Assembly: GCF_009914755.1 (NCBI RefSeq)
Contig: NC_060935.1
Origin: the human T2T-CHM13v2.0 reference genome, Homo sapiens
DNA: 64,000 bases
Strand: one strand, 5' to 3'
Of the stretch, positions 14,374 to 29,472 are shown one piece after another (position 1 is the stretch's first letter; every line of letters begins with the position of its first letter). The notes beneath the pieces are model-generated. The model was not told the origin of the DNA and did not search any database. It worked only from the letters and a program-made list of their open reading frames with translations. The position numbers and the translations under genes were made by a program.

Positions 14374-14811
14374 CTCTGGTACTTTCTTATAGCCACACGA
14401 ACAGATAAAGACTGTACCTATCTGTTGGCTGGGCGCAGTGGCTCACGTCTGTAATCCCAGCACTTCGGGAGGCTTAGACAAGCGGATCACGAGGTCAGGA
14501 GATCGAGACCATCCTGGCTAACATGATGAAACCCCGTCTCTACTAAAAATACAAAAAATTTAGCTGGGCGCGGTGGCGGGCGCCTGTAGTCCCAGCTACT
14601 CAGGAGGCTGAGGCACGAGAATGGCATGAACCCGGGAGGCGGAGCTTGCAGTGAGCCGAGATCGTGCCACTGCAGTCCGTCCTGGGCGAAAGAGCGAGAC
14701 TCCGTCTCAAAAAAACAAACAAACAAGAGGTCCAGAGTGTGACAACATGGCCTTGCAACCTTGTGCTCAGGGACCCTGGAGGCAGTCCTTCATAGGTCTG
14801 CTGGAACTCGC
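14374..14811 (-). other. 5'-transduced flank carried by the SVA (unique sequence + AluY + MaLR-like fragment)
   Basis: TSD CAACAATTATTA at 12243-12254 and 14812-14823 encloses this segment together with the SVA; the host L1MC sequence resumes at 14824. Confidence 0.82.
14426..14726 (+). mobile_element. AluY-family element within the SVA 5' transduction
   Basis: gagatcgagaccatcctggctaac, aatggcatgaacccgggaggcggagcttgcag. Confidence 0.93.
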
Positions 14812-15199
14812 CAACAATTATTAATAGATACTAAAATTTGTGAATGAAAGTTTGAAGAGTAACTATATATTTCCACAGACTCAAAATGTCTTCCCACAGG
14901 ATACTTATCCATTACAAAGGCTAACTTTATAGTGGCAAAACCTGGCAGATGCTGCTCTAACTAAAGAATCAAAGTTAACATCCCCAGTAATTAGACTAAT
15001 CAGCAAGTGCCCCCAGATGTGATGCACTGAGAGGAACTCAGCATCACCTTTGTGATAATCCTGCCAAAGGGGCATAACCTGAATTGAATTATGAGGGGGC
15101 ATCAGACACACCCAAATTCAAGAACATTCTACAAAGTAACCTGTACAACAGGTTTTCAAATAACTTTGTTTCATTTAACATCATTTTCATTGTAACTAT

Positions 15200-16816
15200 T
15201 TTGTGGTTTAAGATCATTTTATGAAGAGCAAGAGGCAGGGAGAGATGGCAGGGAGGACAACTAGAGCACTTCTACACCCACCAGGAGAATAGACTCCCTC
15301 CCTGCTTCCTGTTGTGCTGGACCCCTATTGACTTCAGTAGGGATGGCACCATGTTTGCGAGGCTGAAAAAGAGACATGGAGCCAGCAAATGAAACATAAG
15401 GTTTTTTGAGGGGATTTACATACAGGGCAGTCCAGGGGCAGCATGCTGAACAGGAGAACTGCTACCACTTATAAAAAAGCATGCAGTTTATACAGCATTT
15501 TCACTTAGCCCCTCGACCCCGGCAATCTCCACCTGGCAACCTTCATCCAACCCAAAACAAAGGGCCTCGAACCCCTGTATGGCCTGTGATCCATGGGATG
15601 GATCAGATGGTTCAGATGTTCCTCATAGATAAAGAATGAATCTCTGGGTTGGCCATTCCCAAATTCCTTCACTCAGAACTCTGAACACACATTCATCTTA
15701 GACCACAGGGTCATTCTCAGGGTATGCTTCAATTATTTATGACAGGTGCATCTACCATACACCTGCTCCCCAAGTGGCTCCCTTGTACTATGGCAGCGGT
15801 GGTGGGGAGGGATTTGTGTAAACTCTGCCCTGGAGGGTGGGGAAGGTGAAGGTTGGATGTAAAATGGCAGCAGCTGGGGCTGGCAGTGGTGCTGCTGGGT
15901 GCTACAGGGCTTGTAGGGTTCCATAAAGAGGGCTGAGAAGGTGTTGACTTTGTCTGCCCCCTGCACCTCATGGGGAAACAGTGGCAGTTTCACAGTGCAA
16001 AAGTCTTTATAAGTGTTCTCCGTCTGGTTCAGATACTTGGCCTGGATCTTGTGTCAGGCCTCACATATCTTTCAGGATTTTCAGGGTTGGGGAAGAGAAG
16101 CTGGGTGATGATGATGTTGTATGTGTCAATCTTGTACTTGGCCAGCTCCTGGATCAGTCACTCTGTCTCATACAGGGATAGAACTCAGGGATATATTCGC
16201 AGATGATACAGGTAATCTACTCAGGGCCCTTGAACTGTTTGCTGACAAAGTAGATGATGGACAGTGTCTACTTCAGCATGGAGGACAGCACGTCTGTGTT
16301 CATGTCCCCAAGACCTAGAACGTTGCATGTCTGTAAGATAAAGGGGCTGATCTGGTTCTTGATCTGCTGAGTGTCATGTCAACCACCACCACTGAGAAGT
16401 TCATGCCCTTCACCAGCCTCATGACCTCAGCATAGCTCATGGCCTCATTGATGCCGGGAAAGGCGCTCATGGCTTCCTGCATCAACTTCTTGCTCATGCT
16501 CAGCATGTTTTCCTTCTCAAAGAACTCACTGGGCAGCTATGCTGCACCCTGGCTGGGGTCAATTTCCACAGTGAAGAGGTTGTCAGAGCCTTTGACCTTG
16601 GTAGGCACCTTTGAGAACTTCTGGTCAAAACCATCTGAGATGTTGTGGGCTAGGTCTGTGGAGATGATCAGAATACTTTCATGCCCTTTTGATAGCTGGA
16701 TGGCCAGGCTGCAACTGCAAGTGGTCTTTCCCATGCCACCTTTGCGCCAGCAAGGATCCACTTAACTTAAGGCTGCATTTCTCAATGATGTTGCTAAACC
16801 TAGGCTCCAGTGGCTC
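15200..16816 (-). pseudogene. GET3: Processed pseudogene of GET3/ASNA1 (TRC40 ATPase), 5'-truncated, disabled, LTR inserted in 3'UTR
   Basis: Intronless minus-strand fragments: EPLEP.., [127 protein letters not shown]. Frameshifts, internal deletion after DTAP, stop codon changed to CAG at 15892-15894. 3'UTR ends in ..ctcttcATAAAatgatcttaaa plus a decayed A-tail near 15200. Confidence 0.93.
15310..15761 (-). mobile_element. LTR47-family solo LTR inserted in the GET3 pseudogene 3'UTR
   Basis: Minus strand reads tgtatggtagatgcacctg...gcataccctgagaatgaccctgtggtctaag...ggggtccagcacaaca, matching recalled LTR47B; TG/CA ends. Confidence 0.78.
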
Positions 16817-16818
16817 TT

Positions 16819-17095
16819 GGAGGCTGACTTTGGGAGACTGAGGTGGAAGGATCACTTGAAGCCAGGAGTTTGAGATCGGCCTGGAAGTGAGACCCCATCT
16901 CTACAAAAAAAAATTTTTTTAAATAGACAAGCATGATTGTGTGTGCTTGTAGTCCCAGCTACTCAGGAGGCTGAGGTGGGAGGATCACTTGAGCTCAGGA
17001 GTTCAAGGCTACAGTGAGCTATGATTGCATCACTGCATTCCAGCCTGGGCAACAGAGCAAGTCCCTGTCCAAAAAAATAAAAAATAAAATAAAGA
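16819..17095 (+). mobile_element. 5'-truncated AluJ abutting the GET3 pseudogene 5' end
   Basis: Alu sequence starting at ctttgggaga. Confidence 0.88.
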
Positions 17096-18130
17096 AAGAG
17101 AGGAAGGAAGGAAGGATGGATGGATGGAAGAAAGATTTCATTATTTTTAGGGAATATTTTTAGGAATTCCTTATTTCCTAATTTTTATTTATCTTGCTCA
17201 GCACTTTGACTTCTGTTTTTTTTTTTTTTTTGAAATACTGTAGGAGTAAACAAGCGTCACGTCTATAACTTACTCTTAAATAGTTCCAAAAAATGATAAT
17301 ATGTATATACATATGTACTTATATGTCTGTGTGTGTGTGTGAGAGAGAGAGAGAGAAAAGAGAGTGAGTGAGAGTAAATGTAGCAAAATATTCACATTTG
17401 AGTAATCCAGGTAAAGGATATTCAGGAATTCTTTGTGCTATTATAACTTTTTGGTAAATTTGAAATTACAATATGTCAAAATTTTTAAAAATTAAAATCT
17501 TCAAGGAAAAACTTCAACAACTTAAAGAATAAAAAAAATTGCTCAATGAAATTTGAATACTCGTTTTGGCAAAATCTGTTTATGGCAGACATATGGTGTA
17601 CTTCTGTATGGCCTTTAAGATATTTTTAGGAACTTTTTTGTTTTACTTTAGAGGAAAGATTAATGTCTATTAAAGAACTTTGTAGTTTAGTCAAATACAA
17701 TGAAAAATTAGTGCAAATATGCATTTTTAAGCTTGGTAGGTCAAATGTTTGTTTTGGATTTCTGGTCATGATGGCTTGCAGTGTTCATGACTTGGGCCTC
17801 TTATTCATTTCATACACATGGTAATGATACATAAAATTTTCTAAGATTTTTAAGGACATAGCCATGTATAAAATTAATATAAATTCATCTGACTAGGAAC
17901 TCACTAAACCACAATGCAGTAAGTGGGACTGTAACCACATGCCTCCTGTGCTCTGGATTCAGAAGGCGTAGGTAACTGAAAGCTCATTTCTTGAATGGTG
18001 GAGACTCAAAATGTTATACACACAGTGCAGGAGACTGGAGCTAGCCCCTTTTGCCTCCACCACTTTAAGAAAGACTCAAAAAAAGTTATGACTGCTACCT
18101 GAGAAATGGCTTACATAAAACCTGGAGGTT

Positions 18131-18260
18131 TAGCCAGGTGCGGTGGTGCACACCTGTAGCCCCAGCTGTTTGGAAAGCTGAGGCAGGAGAATCCCTTGAG
18201 CCAGGAGTTTGAGACCAGCCTGGGCAACATAGTGAGACCCCGTCTATTAAAAAAACAAAA
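18131..18260 (+). mobile_element. Alu monomer (FLAM-like)
   Basis: Single Alu arm. Confidence 0.8.
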
Positions 18261-18578
18261 ACCTTGAGGTGTGGGAGGAAGCAGACAGCCTTACAGCCAG
18301 GTCTTAGTGGTCCAACCTCCTTAGGGGTACAGTGACAATCTGTATGATATCCCTAATATCAGGAATGGAGCCATAAGCCATCCAATACAAGACCTGGTTC
18401 TGGACTAGGGTCTGTCCACAAGAGAGAGTAGAAACCTCCCACTTCACATGAACTTATACGCTGAAATTCTAAAATACATGAGGAACACTGATGTTGAGAA
18501 AGATAGTCAATAAACCCAATAAACATAAATTTACTCCAGAGAAAACAAAAATAGTTGAACATTTAAAACTGACTTTGA

Positions 18579-18763
18579 GGCCAGGTTGAGGTGGCTCACA
18601 CCTGTAATCCTGGCATTTTCAGAGGCCAAAGTGGGTGGATCACTTGAGCCCAGGAGTTTGAGACCAGCCTGGGCAACATGGCGAAACCCTGTCTCTACAA
18701 TCCTGTCTCTAGATATAAAAAGGCATGGTGGCATGCGCCTGTAGATTCAGCTACTTGGGAGGC
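18579..18763 (+). mobile_element. 3'-truncated AluJ broken at a rearrangement junction
   Basis: Ends abruptly at ctacttgggaggc. Confidence 0.85.
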
Positions 18764-18812
18764 ACTTATTATCTTTAAATTATTCATTCTCTATTCTGTC
18801 TGGTCAGCCTGA

Positions 18813-19156
<344 letters not shown>

Positions 19157-19339
19157 AGTTTATTTTTATTTATCTTACTCAGCACTTTGACTTCTGTTTT
19201 GTTTTTTGTTGTTGTTGTTAGTTCTGGAAAATTCTCAGCCAATATATATACATGTGTATTTCTTGAGATAGGATCTCACATTATTGCCCAGGCTGGAGCG
19301 CAGTCACGTGAATCTTGCAGAATTGTAGAATCTGCATTA

Positions 19340-20160
19340 CTTAGGCTGAACAGACAGAATAGAGAATGAATAATTTAAAAGATAATAACATAAAGAGATA
19401 AAAAACTATGAAGACAGGTAAGAGGCATTAAAAAGCTACAATGTATATCTAATAGGAAACAGAAGAAAATGATATAGGGAATGGCAAAGAAGCAATATTT
19501 TAAAAAGAATTGGGGGGTGCAGTGACTCACATCTATAATTCTAGTACTTTGGGAGGCTGAGGCAGGAGGATTGCTTGAGGACCAGCCTGAGCAACATAGC
19601 GAGCTCCCATCTCTACAAAAAAATTAAGTTTAGCCAGGCATGGTTGTGTGCACCTGTAGTCCCAGCTACTCAGGAAGCTGAGGTGGGAGGATCACTTGAA
19701 CCCAGGAGTTCAAGCTTCTAGTGAGCTATGGTCATGCTACTGCACTCCAGCCTGGGCAACAAAGTGAGATCCTGTCTCAAAAAATGTATATGTGGGCTGA
19801 GAATTTTCCTGAACTGACAAAAAACAGAAGTCAGTTTAAAGTACTGAGCAAGATAAATAAAAATAAACCTACATGGTAGATACATTGTAGAATCTGCATT
19901 AATGATAAAGAAAATTGTTTATATGAATTATAAGAATGATTAACTCCAAAGGAATGGCAGGAGTTTGACAGCAGTTTGCTTGATATCAGTGATAGGTGCG
20001 AGGTGACAACTGGGTGGTATCTTTAAAGTGCTGAGAGAAGATAAGTAACAACCAGAATTCTCCACTGAATTAAATTTCACTCCAGAAGGTAAAATAAAGA
20101 TATTTTGAGGTAGATGAAAACTGAGAGCATTTACCACTCACAGGCTTTTGCTGAAAGAAC
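19340..20160 (+). mobile_element. Old L1M(E) ORF1-region fragment interrupted by AluJ
   Basis: gaagcaatatttt..ggctgagaattttcctgaactga..ctgagagcatttaccactcacaggc..ctgaaagaacta, typical of decayed L1M ORF1. Confidence 0.65.
19511..19785 (+). mobile_element. AluJ
   Basis: Alu dimer. Confidence 0.9.
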
Positions 20161-20161
20161 T

Positions 20162-20495
20162 ACAGGTTTATGTATATTAATAAATTTCACAATTCAAAAA
20201 AAGCTTTGAAAACCTGAAGTTGTCCTTTGGTAAGTTTTCAGCAACCTCATTTGTGGGGCAAACTTGACCTAAACTAGTTCATGGGCTAATTTTGGTCTTT
20301 GTTTATCCCACTTAGTGTGAATACTTATATGTTTCACTGTGGAGACTTTAATATGTTTGAATCCATGGGGTGCTATCCCAACCCTGCTGAAGGTGTTATA
20401 TCACATCTGGTTTGTGCAACCTTTATAAAATCTCAAAATTTGTCACTTCCAAACCAGAAAGGTCCCAGGATTTCAGATAAGTGATTATGGATCTT
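20162..20495 (-). mobile_element. MER46C-like Tigger MITE
   Basis: Minus strand starts atccataatcacttatctgaaatcctggga..., internal cttagtgtgaatacttatatgtttcactgtggag. Confidence 0.65.
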
Positions 20496-20635
20496 ATTAA
20501 AGGATTATGGATCTTATTTCTTTAGCAAGAAATAATTGAACCAAGAGTGAAGGAGCAGAATGTGGGAAACAGTAGTGAGCATGAAAATTGATTTGATAAA
20601 TGTAGGTAAACTTAATTAATTATTGATTTTTTTAA

Positions 20636-20954
<319 letters not shown>

Positions 20955-21459
20955 TAAAGTGGTAATTTTTACATTTAAAAAGGTATATTGTCCTGTAGGT
21001 ATGGGGGTGAATTTTTTAAAAAAGGAAAAAAAAGGAAAAGGTAGATATCAAAAGAAATAAATGACATCCAAATTGGAAAGTAAAAGGTAAAACTATATTC
21101 ACAGGTTACATGGTCCTATGCATAAAAAGCATCCTAAAGAATCCACCAAAAGAAAAAAAAAAAAAAAAAACTTCTAGAGCTTATAAATGAATTCAGCAAA
21201 GTTGCAGGGGACAAGAGCAACACATAAAAATCAGTTGTTTCTATATACCATCAATGAACAATCTAAAAAGGAAATTAAGAAAAGCAATTCTGTTTAAAAG
21301 AGCATCCAAAAGATTTAGTCTATTAGGAATAAGTCTAACTGAGGAGGTGAAAGACTTGCACACTGAAAACTATAAAACATTGCTGAATGAAATTAAAGAA
21401 GAGCTAAATAAATAGAAAGACACCCTGAGTACATGGATAGGATGATGTAACACTGTTAA

Positions 21460-22110
<651 letters not shown>

Positions 22111-23209
22111 TGAGAGAAGAAGCTAATCCTCAAAATCATATGGAATAGCCAGGACAATCTTGAAAAAAGAATATAAAATTGGAAAGTTCAAACTTCCCAA
22201 CTATAAAACTAGCTATGAAGCCACAGTAATTCAAGTATTATGGTCCTGGCATAAGGACAAACATATAGACCACTGGAATAGATTAGGAAGCCCAGAAATA
22301 AATCTTTACATATATGGTCATTTGATTTCCTGCAAAGGTGCAATTCAATAGGGAAAGGACAGTCTTTTCAACCAATGGTGCTGGGAAAACTGGATATCCA
22401 CGTGTGAAAGAATGAAATTGGACTACAACACTCTTAGAAGAAAACAGGGGACAGTTTTCATAACATTAAATTTAGCAATTATTTCATGGATATAACACCA
22501 AAAGCATAAGGAACAAAAAATATAGATAAATTGGACTTCATCAAAATTAAGAACTTTTGTGCATCAAAGGATACTATCATGAAAGTGAAAGGACAACCTA
22601 CACAATAGAAGAAAATATTTGCAAATCATATATCCAATAAGGAATTAATATCCAGAATATGTAAAGAACTCCTGCAACTCAACAACAACAAAACAACCCA
22701 ATTTAAAAATGGGCAAAGGACTTGAAGAGACATTTCTCCAAAGAAGATATCCAAATGGCCAACACATGAAAAGATGCTCAACATCATTAGTCATTGGTAA
22801 AATGCAAATCAAAACAACAATAAGATGCCACTTCACATCTTCTAGGTTGGCTGTTTTTTAAAAAGGAAAATAGCATGTGTTGCTGAGGAGGTGGACAAAT
22901 TGGAGCCCTTGTGCATTGCTAGTGAGAATGTAAAATAGTACAGCTGCTCTGGAAAACAGTTCGGTTGTTTCTCAAAAGGTTAAACCTATAACTACCATAT
23001 GACCCAGCAATTGCACTTGTAGGTATACATCTAAAAGAATTAAAGAAGGAACTGAAACAGATACTTGTATACAAATCATAGCAGCATTATTCACAATAGC
23101 CAAAAGGTGGAAGTAACCCAAGGGTCCATCAACAGATCAATGGATAAACAATAGATGGTACATACATACAAAGGAATATTATTCTGCTTTAAAAAGAAAA
23201 TAAATTTAT

Positions 23210-23340
23210 GGCCCTGCAGTGGCTTACACCTGTAATCCCAACACTTTGGGAAGGTACGGTTGAAGGATCATTTAAGGCCAGGAGTTCAAGGCTTGAGACC
23301 AGCCTGGGCAACATAGGGAGACCCTGTCTCTATTATTTAA
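23210..23340 (+). mobile_element. FLAM/Alu left monomer
   Basis: Single arm. Confidence 0.8.
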
Positions 23341-23775
23341 AAATTATGAAGGAAGGAAAGAAGGAAGGAGGGAAAGAAAGAAAGAAATTTTGATACATGC
23401 TACATGTACGGCCCTTGAAGACATTATTCTTAGTGAAATAGGCCAGAACGACAGATATTACATGATTCCACTTATATGAGGTACTTAGAATAGGCAAATA
23501 TATAGAGATAGAAAGTAGAATAGAGGTTATGAGGGTCTGGGGGGTGGGCAGAAGGGGGTGTTGTTGTTTAATTGATGTAGAGTTTTTGTTGGGGATGATG
23601 AAAAAGTTTTGGGTATTGATAGTGTTCATGGTTGCACAGCATTGTGAATATATTTAATGACACTGAATTGTACAGTTGCAAATGGTTAAATGATAAATAT
23701 TATGTATAGTTTACCACATTAAAAAAGTTTTCCAATTTAAAAAGAGATAGATTCTAGTCACATTCTAAAAAATAA

Positions 23776-24659
<884 letters not shown>

Positions 24660-26550
24660 GATTATGTTAAATTTTAATACTGAAAGATTATAGATTTTGT
24701 CTATAGCTTCCAAACTAACAGGGAGGGTAGAAAAGAATTAAAACAAAACTTTACTAACACAATAGAAGGTGGGAAAAGAAGGTGGGGAAAGGGAAAGAAG
24801 AATGGATAATGGGAAAGACAAAATAAGATATCAGGTCAGAAATTAATCAGATACACTGAAAAGCTACTCGTTAACATATAGTGACTGTAAGGTTGGGTAG
24901 AGAAGCAGAATCTAGCCATATGCTATTTACAAGAGATATACATAAACAAAATGACCTAGAAGGGTTATTAAAGGCACAGAAACAGATACACCAGGAAAAT
25001 ACCAATCAAAATAAAGCTGGTATTGCAATATTATAATAAAAATATCAGACTCAAAGCCTGGAATTTAGAAAAATTAGTAAGATATAGACTTTCAATATTT
25101 CCTGTGTGGCTAGCTTCAAAGATACATTCTACCTGGCATCACTTACCTGTCTTTCTTATCTTTCTAAATCAATTTCCACAAATATTTATGAGTAACTATC
25201 AGTTAGGTAATGAGTCAGGTAATATAGTAGAGGCAAAGATGAGTACAGCCTAAGTGCTTACTCCATAGAACTGACAGTCTAATAGGAGAAAGTCCAGTAA
25301 CTTTAAAACAAAGTAGCAAATTGTGAGCACTGTTAGAGAGTTTTAAGTGAGATACGATGGAAATTGGGCATGGGAGATAAAATCAGGAAAAGACTTTACA
25401 CAAAATTGGCATTTGAGATGGTCTTTAAAAGCTATACCAAAGCTATAATTTCACTAGACCATGACCTAGACATCAGCTTTTTCCCCCTTAGAATATGAAG
25501 CACAATTTGGGACTACTTCTTTGCTGGACAGTTTCATAAATTTAGGCTACAGTATTATCATTTCAGACTTCATTTGCTGGAAATGTAGCCTACTGCATTT
25601 ACCTATAACAGCTCATTTGCTGTATTTTTTATTTTCCTTTCCTTAAGACAATAGCACTGCGTGGTTAGGTTAACACTTTCATTGCTTTTGAAAGCCCCTC
25701 TTCTAACCTAATCTTTTGCCAGGTGATGTCCGCATACTTCCTCAGGGTGTCTTAGAAGTAGATTTCTATGCTAGCTCTCCATGAAAGGAGAAGAGTATAT
25801 AATTTGCTTTTTCATACAGTGCTGTTACTATTAGGAAGGAACTAACTTTATTCTAAATGAAAACACACTCTATATTAAAGACAAGTTAGATACTTTCCCA
25901 TGAAGTTGGTCTAGGAGAAGGGAAACGGAATAGATGCCTCCTGAAATTTTTTCCTGTTCCATTCAGAGTCAGATTTTTCCCCCCCTTTATATGGTCAACA
26001 AATGAAAACTGGCATTTGGAATTACCATCGTTCCCCCCATTGCTTGCCATCTTCAAATTTAATGTCTGCCTCTCCACAAAGATTAACATGTTTCCACTCC
26101 TGATTTACTTGTCAGGGAATTTAGAAGTTTTCTGGAACCTAAAGTTCACTCTGGTAGGGATGATTACTGGATAATTGCCTATTCTTCGGTGGAATTTCCA
26201 CTTTTAGATTACACCAGGCTCTACAGCCTTTATTTCTTTGGCAGGAAAACCCAAAGGCAATGGAGTATATTTTTTTCCCTTCCCTGGCCCAGCTTAAACA
26301 ATGACTCACTTGGGCCCTGGGGCTTTGCTTCATACTCTCATTTAGGGGCCACTTTATACCCTTGTTTCTATTTTCCTTTCTTGTTCTGTTTGGACCCTTT
26401 ATATCCTTTGGCACATGGGATTTGTCTCTGGGGTTATTGTCAGAGAGATATATAAAACCACCCCAAACTGGAACAGCCACTCCAGTTATGTCCCCATAGC
26501 CATGTCATCCTTATGGCAGCTGGTATAGGCCAGGGAGAGTACAGAAATAA

Positions 26551-26886
<336 letters not shown>

Positions 26887-27257
26887 TAATTCCAAATGCA
26901 GTAGAGGGAAAAGTATTCTCCAAAAAGAAAGATATGAGTGCCAGTGTCATCCAGTTAGAGGCTAAAAGGCTTTCCTCCATATGCGTTGCTCGAATGACTG
27001 ATTCAGATGTCCTCTGTGTGTACCTGTGGAAGGTGGGAAGCACTCAGAGGAACTGGCCTCCAAGAGTTTTCGGAAAGGTATGGTTATATGAAGAGACTTC
27101 CCCATAGAAGGACTAGGTCTAATCTAGAGTTCAGAGTTTTGTTGGGGAGAAAAATTCCCCGTTTTTGGCAGTGGTTCTCTCTGGTCTCAATTTTTCATTC
27201 TGATTCCAGCCTTCTGGATTCCATCTAACAATGACTTCTTGACTTTTCTCTTTGCAG

Positions 27258-27388
27258 TTTTAACAGTGTATGCCAGGGAACACACATTCTCTTTCGAGAA
27301 TTCAGCTTCGTCCAAGCCACCCCCCACAATAGGGTATCATTTTTACGGGCCTTCTGGAGATGCTTCCGAACTGTGGGCAAAAATGGCG
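27258..27388 (+). CDS. CSTPP1: Internal coding exon of CSTPP1/C11orf49 (centriolar satellite-associated tubulin polyglutamylase complex regulator 1), 131 nt, phase 2 to phase 1
   Basis: Acceptor cttttctctttgcag ends at 27257 and donor GCG|gtaagt starts at 27389. Frame (T)-TTT AAC AGT... encodes FNSVCQGTHILFREFSFVQATPHNRVSFLRAFWRCFRTVGKNG(D), which I recognise as the N-terminal part of human C11orf49. The ORF track shows only a wrong-frame ORF here. Confidence 0.93.
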
Positions 27389-27404
27389 GTAAGTCTTCCC
27401 AAAT

Positions 27405-27500
27405 TCTTTTTCCTTCCTTCCTTCCTTCCTTCCTTTCTTCCTTCCTTCCTTCCTCTCTCTCTCTTTCTTTCTCTCTCTCTTTTCCTCTCTTTCTCTTTCA
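27405..27500. repeat. (CTTC)n/(CT)n pyrimidine microsatellite just downstream of the exon donor
   Basis: Seen directly. Confidence 0.9.
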
Positions 27501-27659
27501 AACTTTTTCTTTTGTTCCTATAAATATTGTTTGAATGCATGCTATTCAAGGCATTTAGAATACCTCACTTTTGAGGAGTTGTCTGGTTTATGTCAAAGAT
27601 ATTACTATTACCACTACCATCACTAATGGTACCTATTAAGAGCCAAGTGTAGCTCTTTA

Positions 27660-27830
27660 CATGTAGTAACTCATTTATCTTTACAAGGGCTCTCTGTGGT
27701 AGATACCATAATCCCCATTTTGTAACTAATGAAACTGAGGATCAGAGAGGTTAAGTAACTTGGCAAGGTTACATAGTAAATTCTGGGCCCAGATTTATAC
27801 CCAGGCAGTCTGACTTCACAGCCCTTGCTC
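27660..27830 (-). mobile_element. MIR SINE
   Basis: atccccattttgtaactaatgaaactgaggatcagagaggttaagtaacttggcaaggttacatag. Confidence 0.8.
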
Positions 27831-28207
27831 TTGGCAGATATTAAAATGCCATGCAGTAAATACAAGGAATAATGTGAATATGAAGAAAGAAACTCCTGAA
27901 TGGGGGTGGGATGGGGATACTGTTGTTAGAGAAGGGAGAGAAAAGTGGAGTAGAGAAGGTTCTCCTTAGAACTGACTGTTTGATCTAAGCTGGGAAGGAA
28001 GAGTAGGAATCATTCACATGGATAAAGGAGAGAAGGGCATCCTAGGTAGAACATATGCTGAAGCACAAAAGAACCTAGAATACTTACATAACAGATCAGG
28101 ATGTCTAGAGTTTGTGTGGAGTTTATGAAGGAGGTTAGGGGAGATGAGACTGTAAAGGAATAATGGAGCTGCTGAAAGATCATTTTTTAGCCATAAAAAA
28201 GAAATTG

Positions 28208-28838
28208 GGCCAGGCACAGTGGCTCAGCCTGTAATCCCAGCACTTTGGGATGCCAAGGCAGGTGGATCACTTGAGGTCAGGGGTTTGAAACCAGCCTGTC
28301 CAACATGGTGAAACCCCGTCTCTACTAAAAATACAAAAATTAGCCAGGTGTGGTGGCGCACTCCTATAATCCCAGCTATTCAGGAGGCTGAGGAACGAAA
28401 ATCGTTTGAACCCTGGGGGACAGAGGTTGCCGTGAGCCGAGATCGTGCCACTGCTCTCCAGCCTGGACGACAGAGCAAGACTCTGCCTCAAAAAAAAAAA
28501 AAAAAGAAAAAAGAAAAGAAAAGAAATTGGGGCTGGATGTGGTGGCTCACACCTGTAATCCCAGCATTTTGGGAGCCCAAGGTGGGAGGATCACTTGAGC
28601 CCAGGAGTTTGAGACCAACCTGGACAACATACTGAGACTTCGTCTCTACAAAAAAATAAACAAAATTAGCCAGGTGTGGTGGCACATACCTGTACTCACA
28701 GCTACTTGGGAGGCTGAGGTGGGAGGATCACTTGAGCTGAGGGAGGTTGAGGCTACAGTGAGTCATGATTATGCCACTGACTCTAGCCTAGGTGACAGCG
28801 AGATCCTGCTTCAAAAAAACAAACAAACAAACAAAAAA
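28208..28838 (+). mobile_element. Tandem AluS (28208-28525) and AluJ (28531-28838)
   Basis: Alu consensus matches. Confidence 0.92.
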
Positions 28839-28873
28839 GTTAAATTTTATTCTCTGGGTATTATTTGAAGGCT

Positions 28874-29472
<599 letters not shown>

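Noticed and set aside
12282-14454. Many overlapping Pro/Gly/Arg-rich ORFs
   Set aside because: Artefacts of the GC-rich SVA VNTR and SINE-R.
15733-16761. GET3-like ORFs as a functional retrogene
   Set aside because: Start missing, frameshifts, switch-II deletion, lost stop codon.
27239-27523. 94-aa ORF over the exon
   Set aside because: Wrong frame; it runs into a microsatellite. The real exon is defined by splice sites in another frame.
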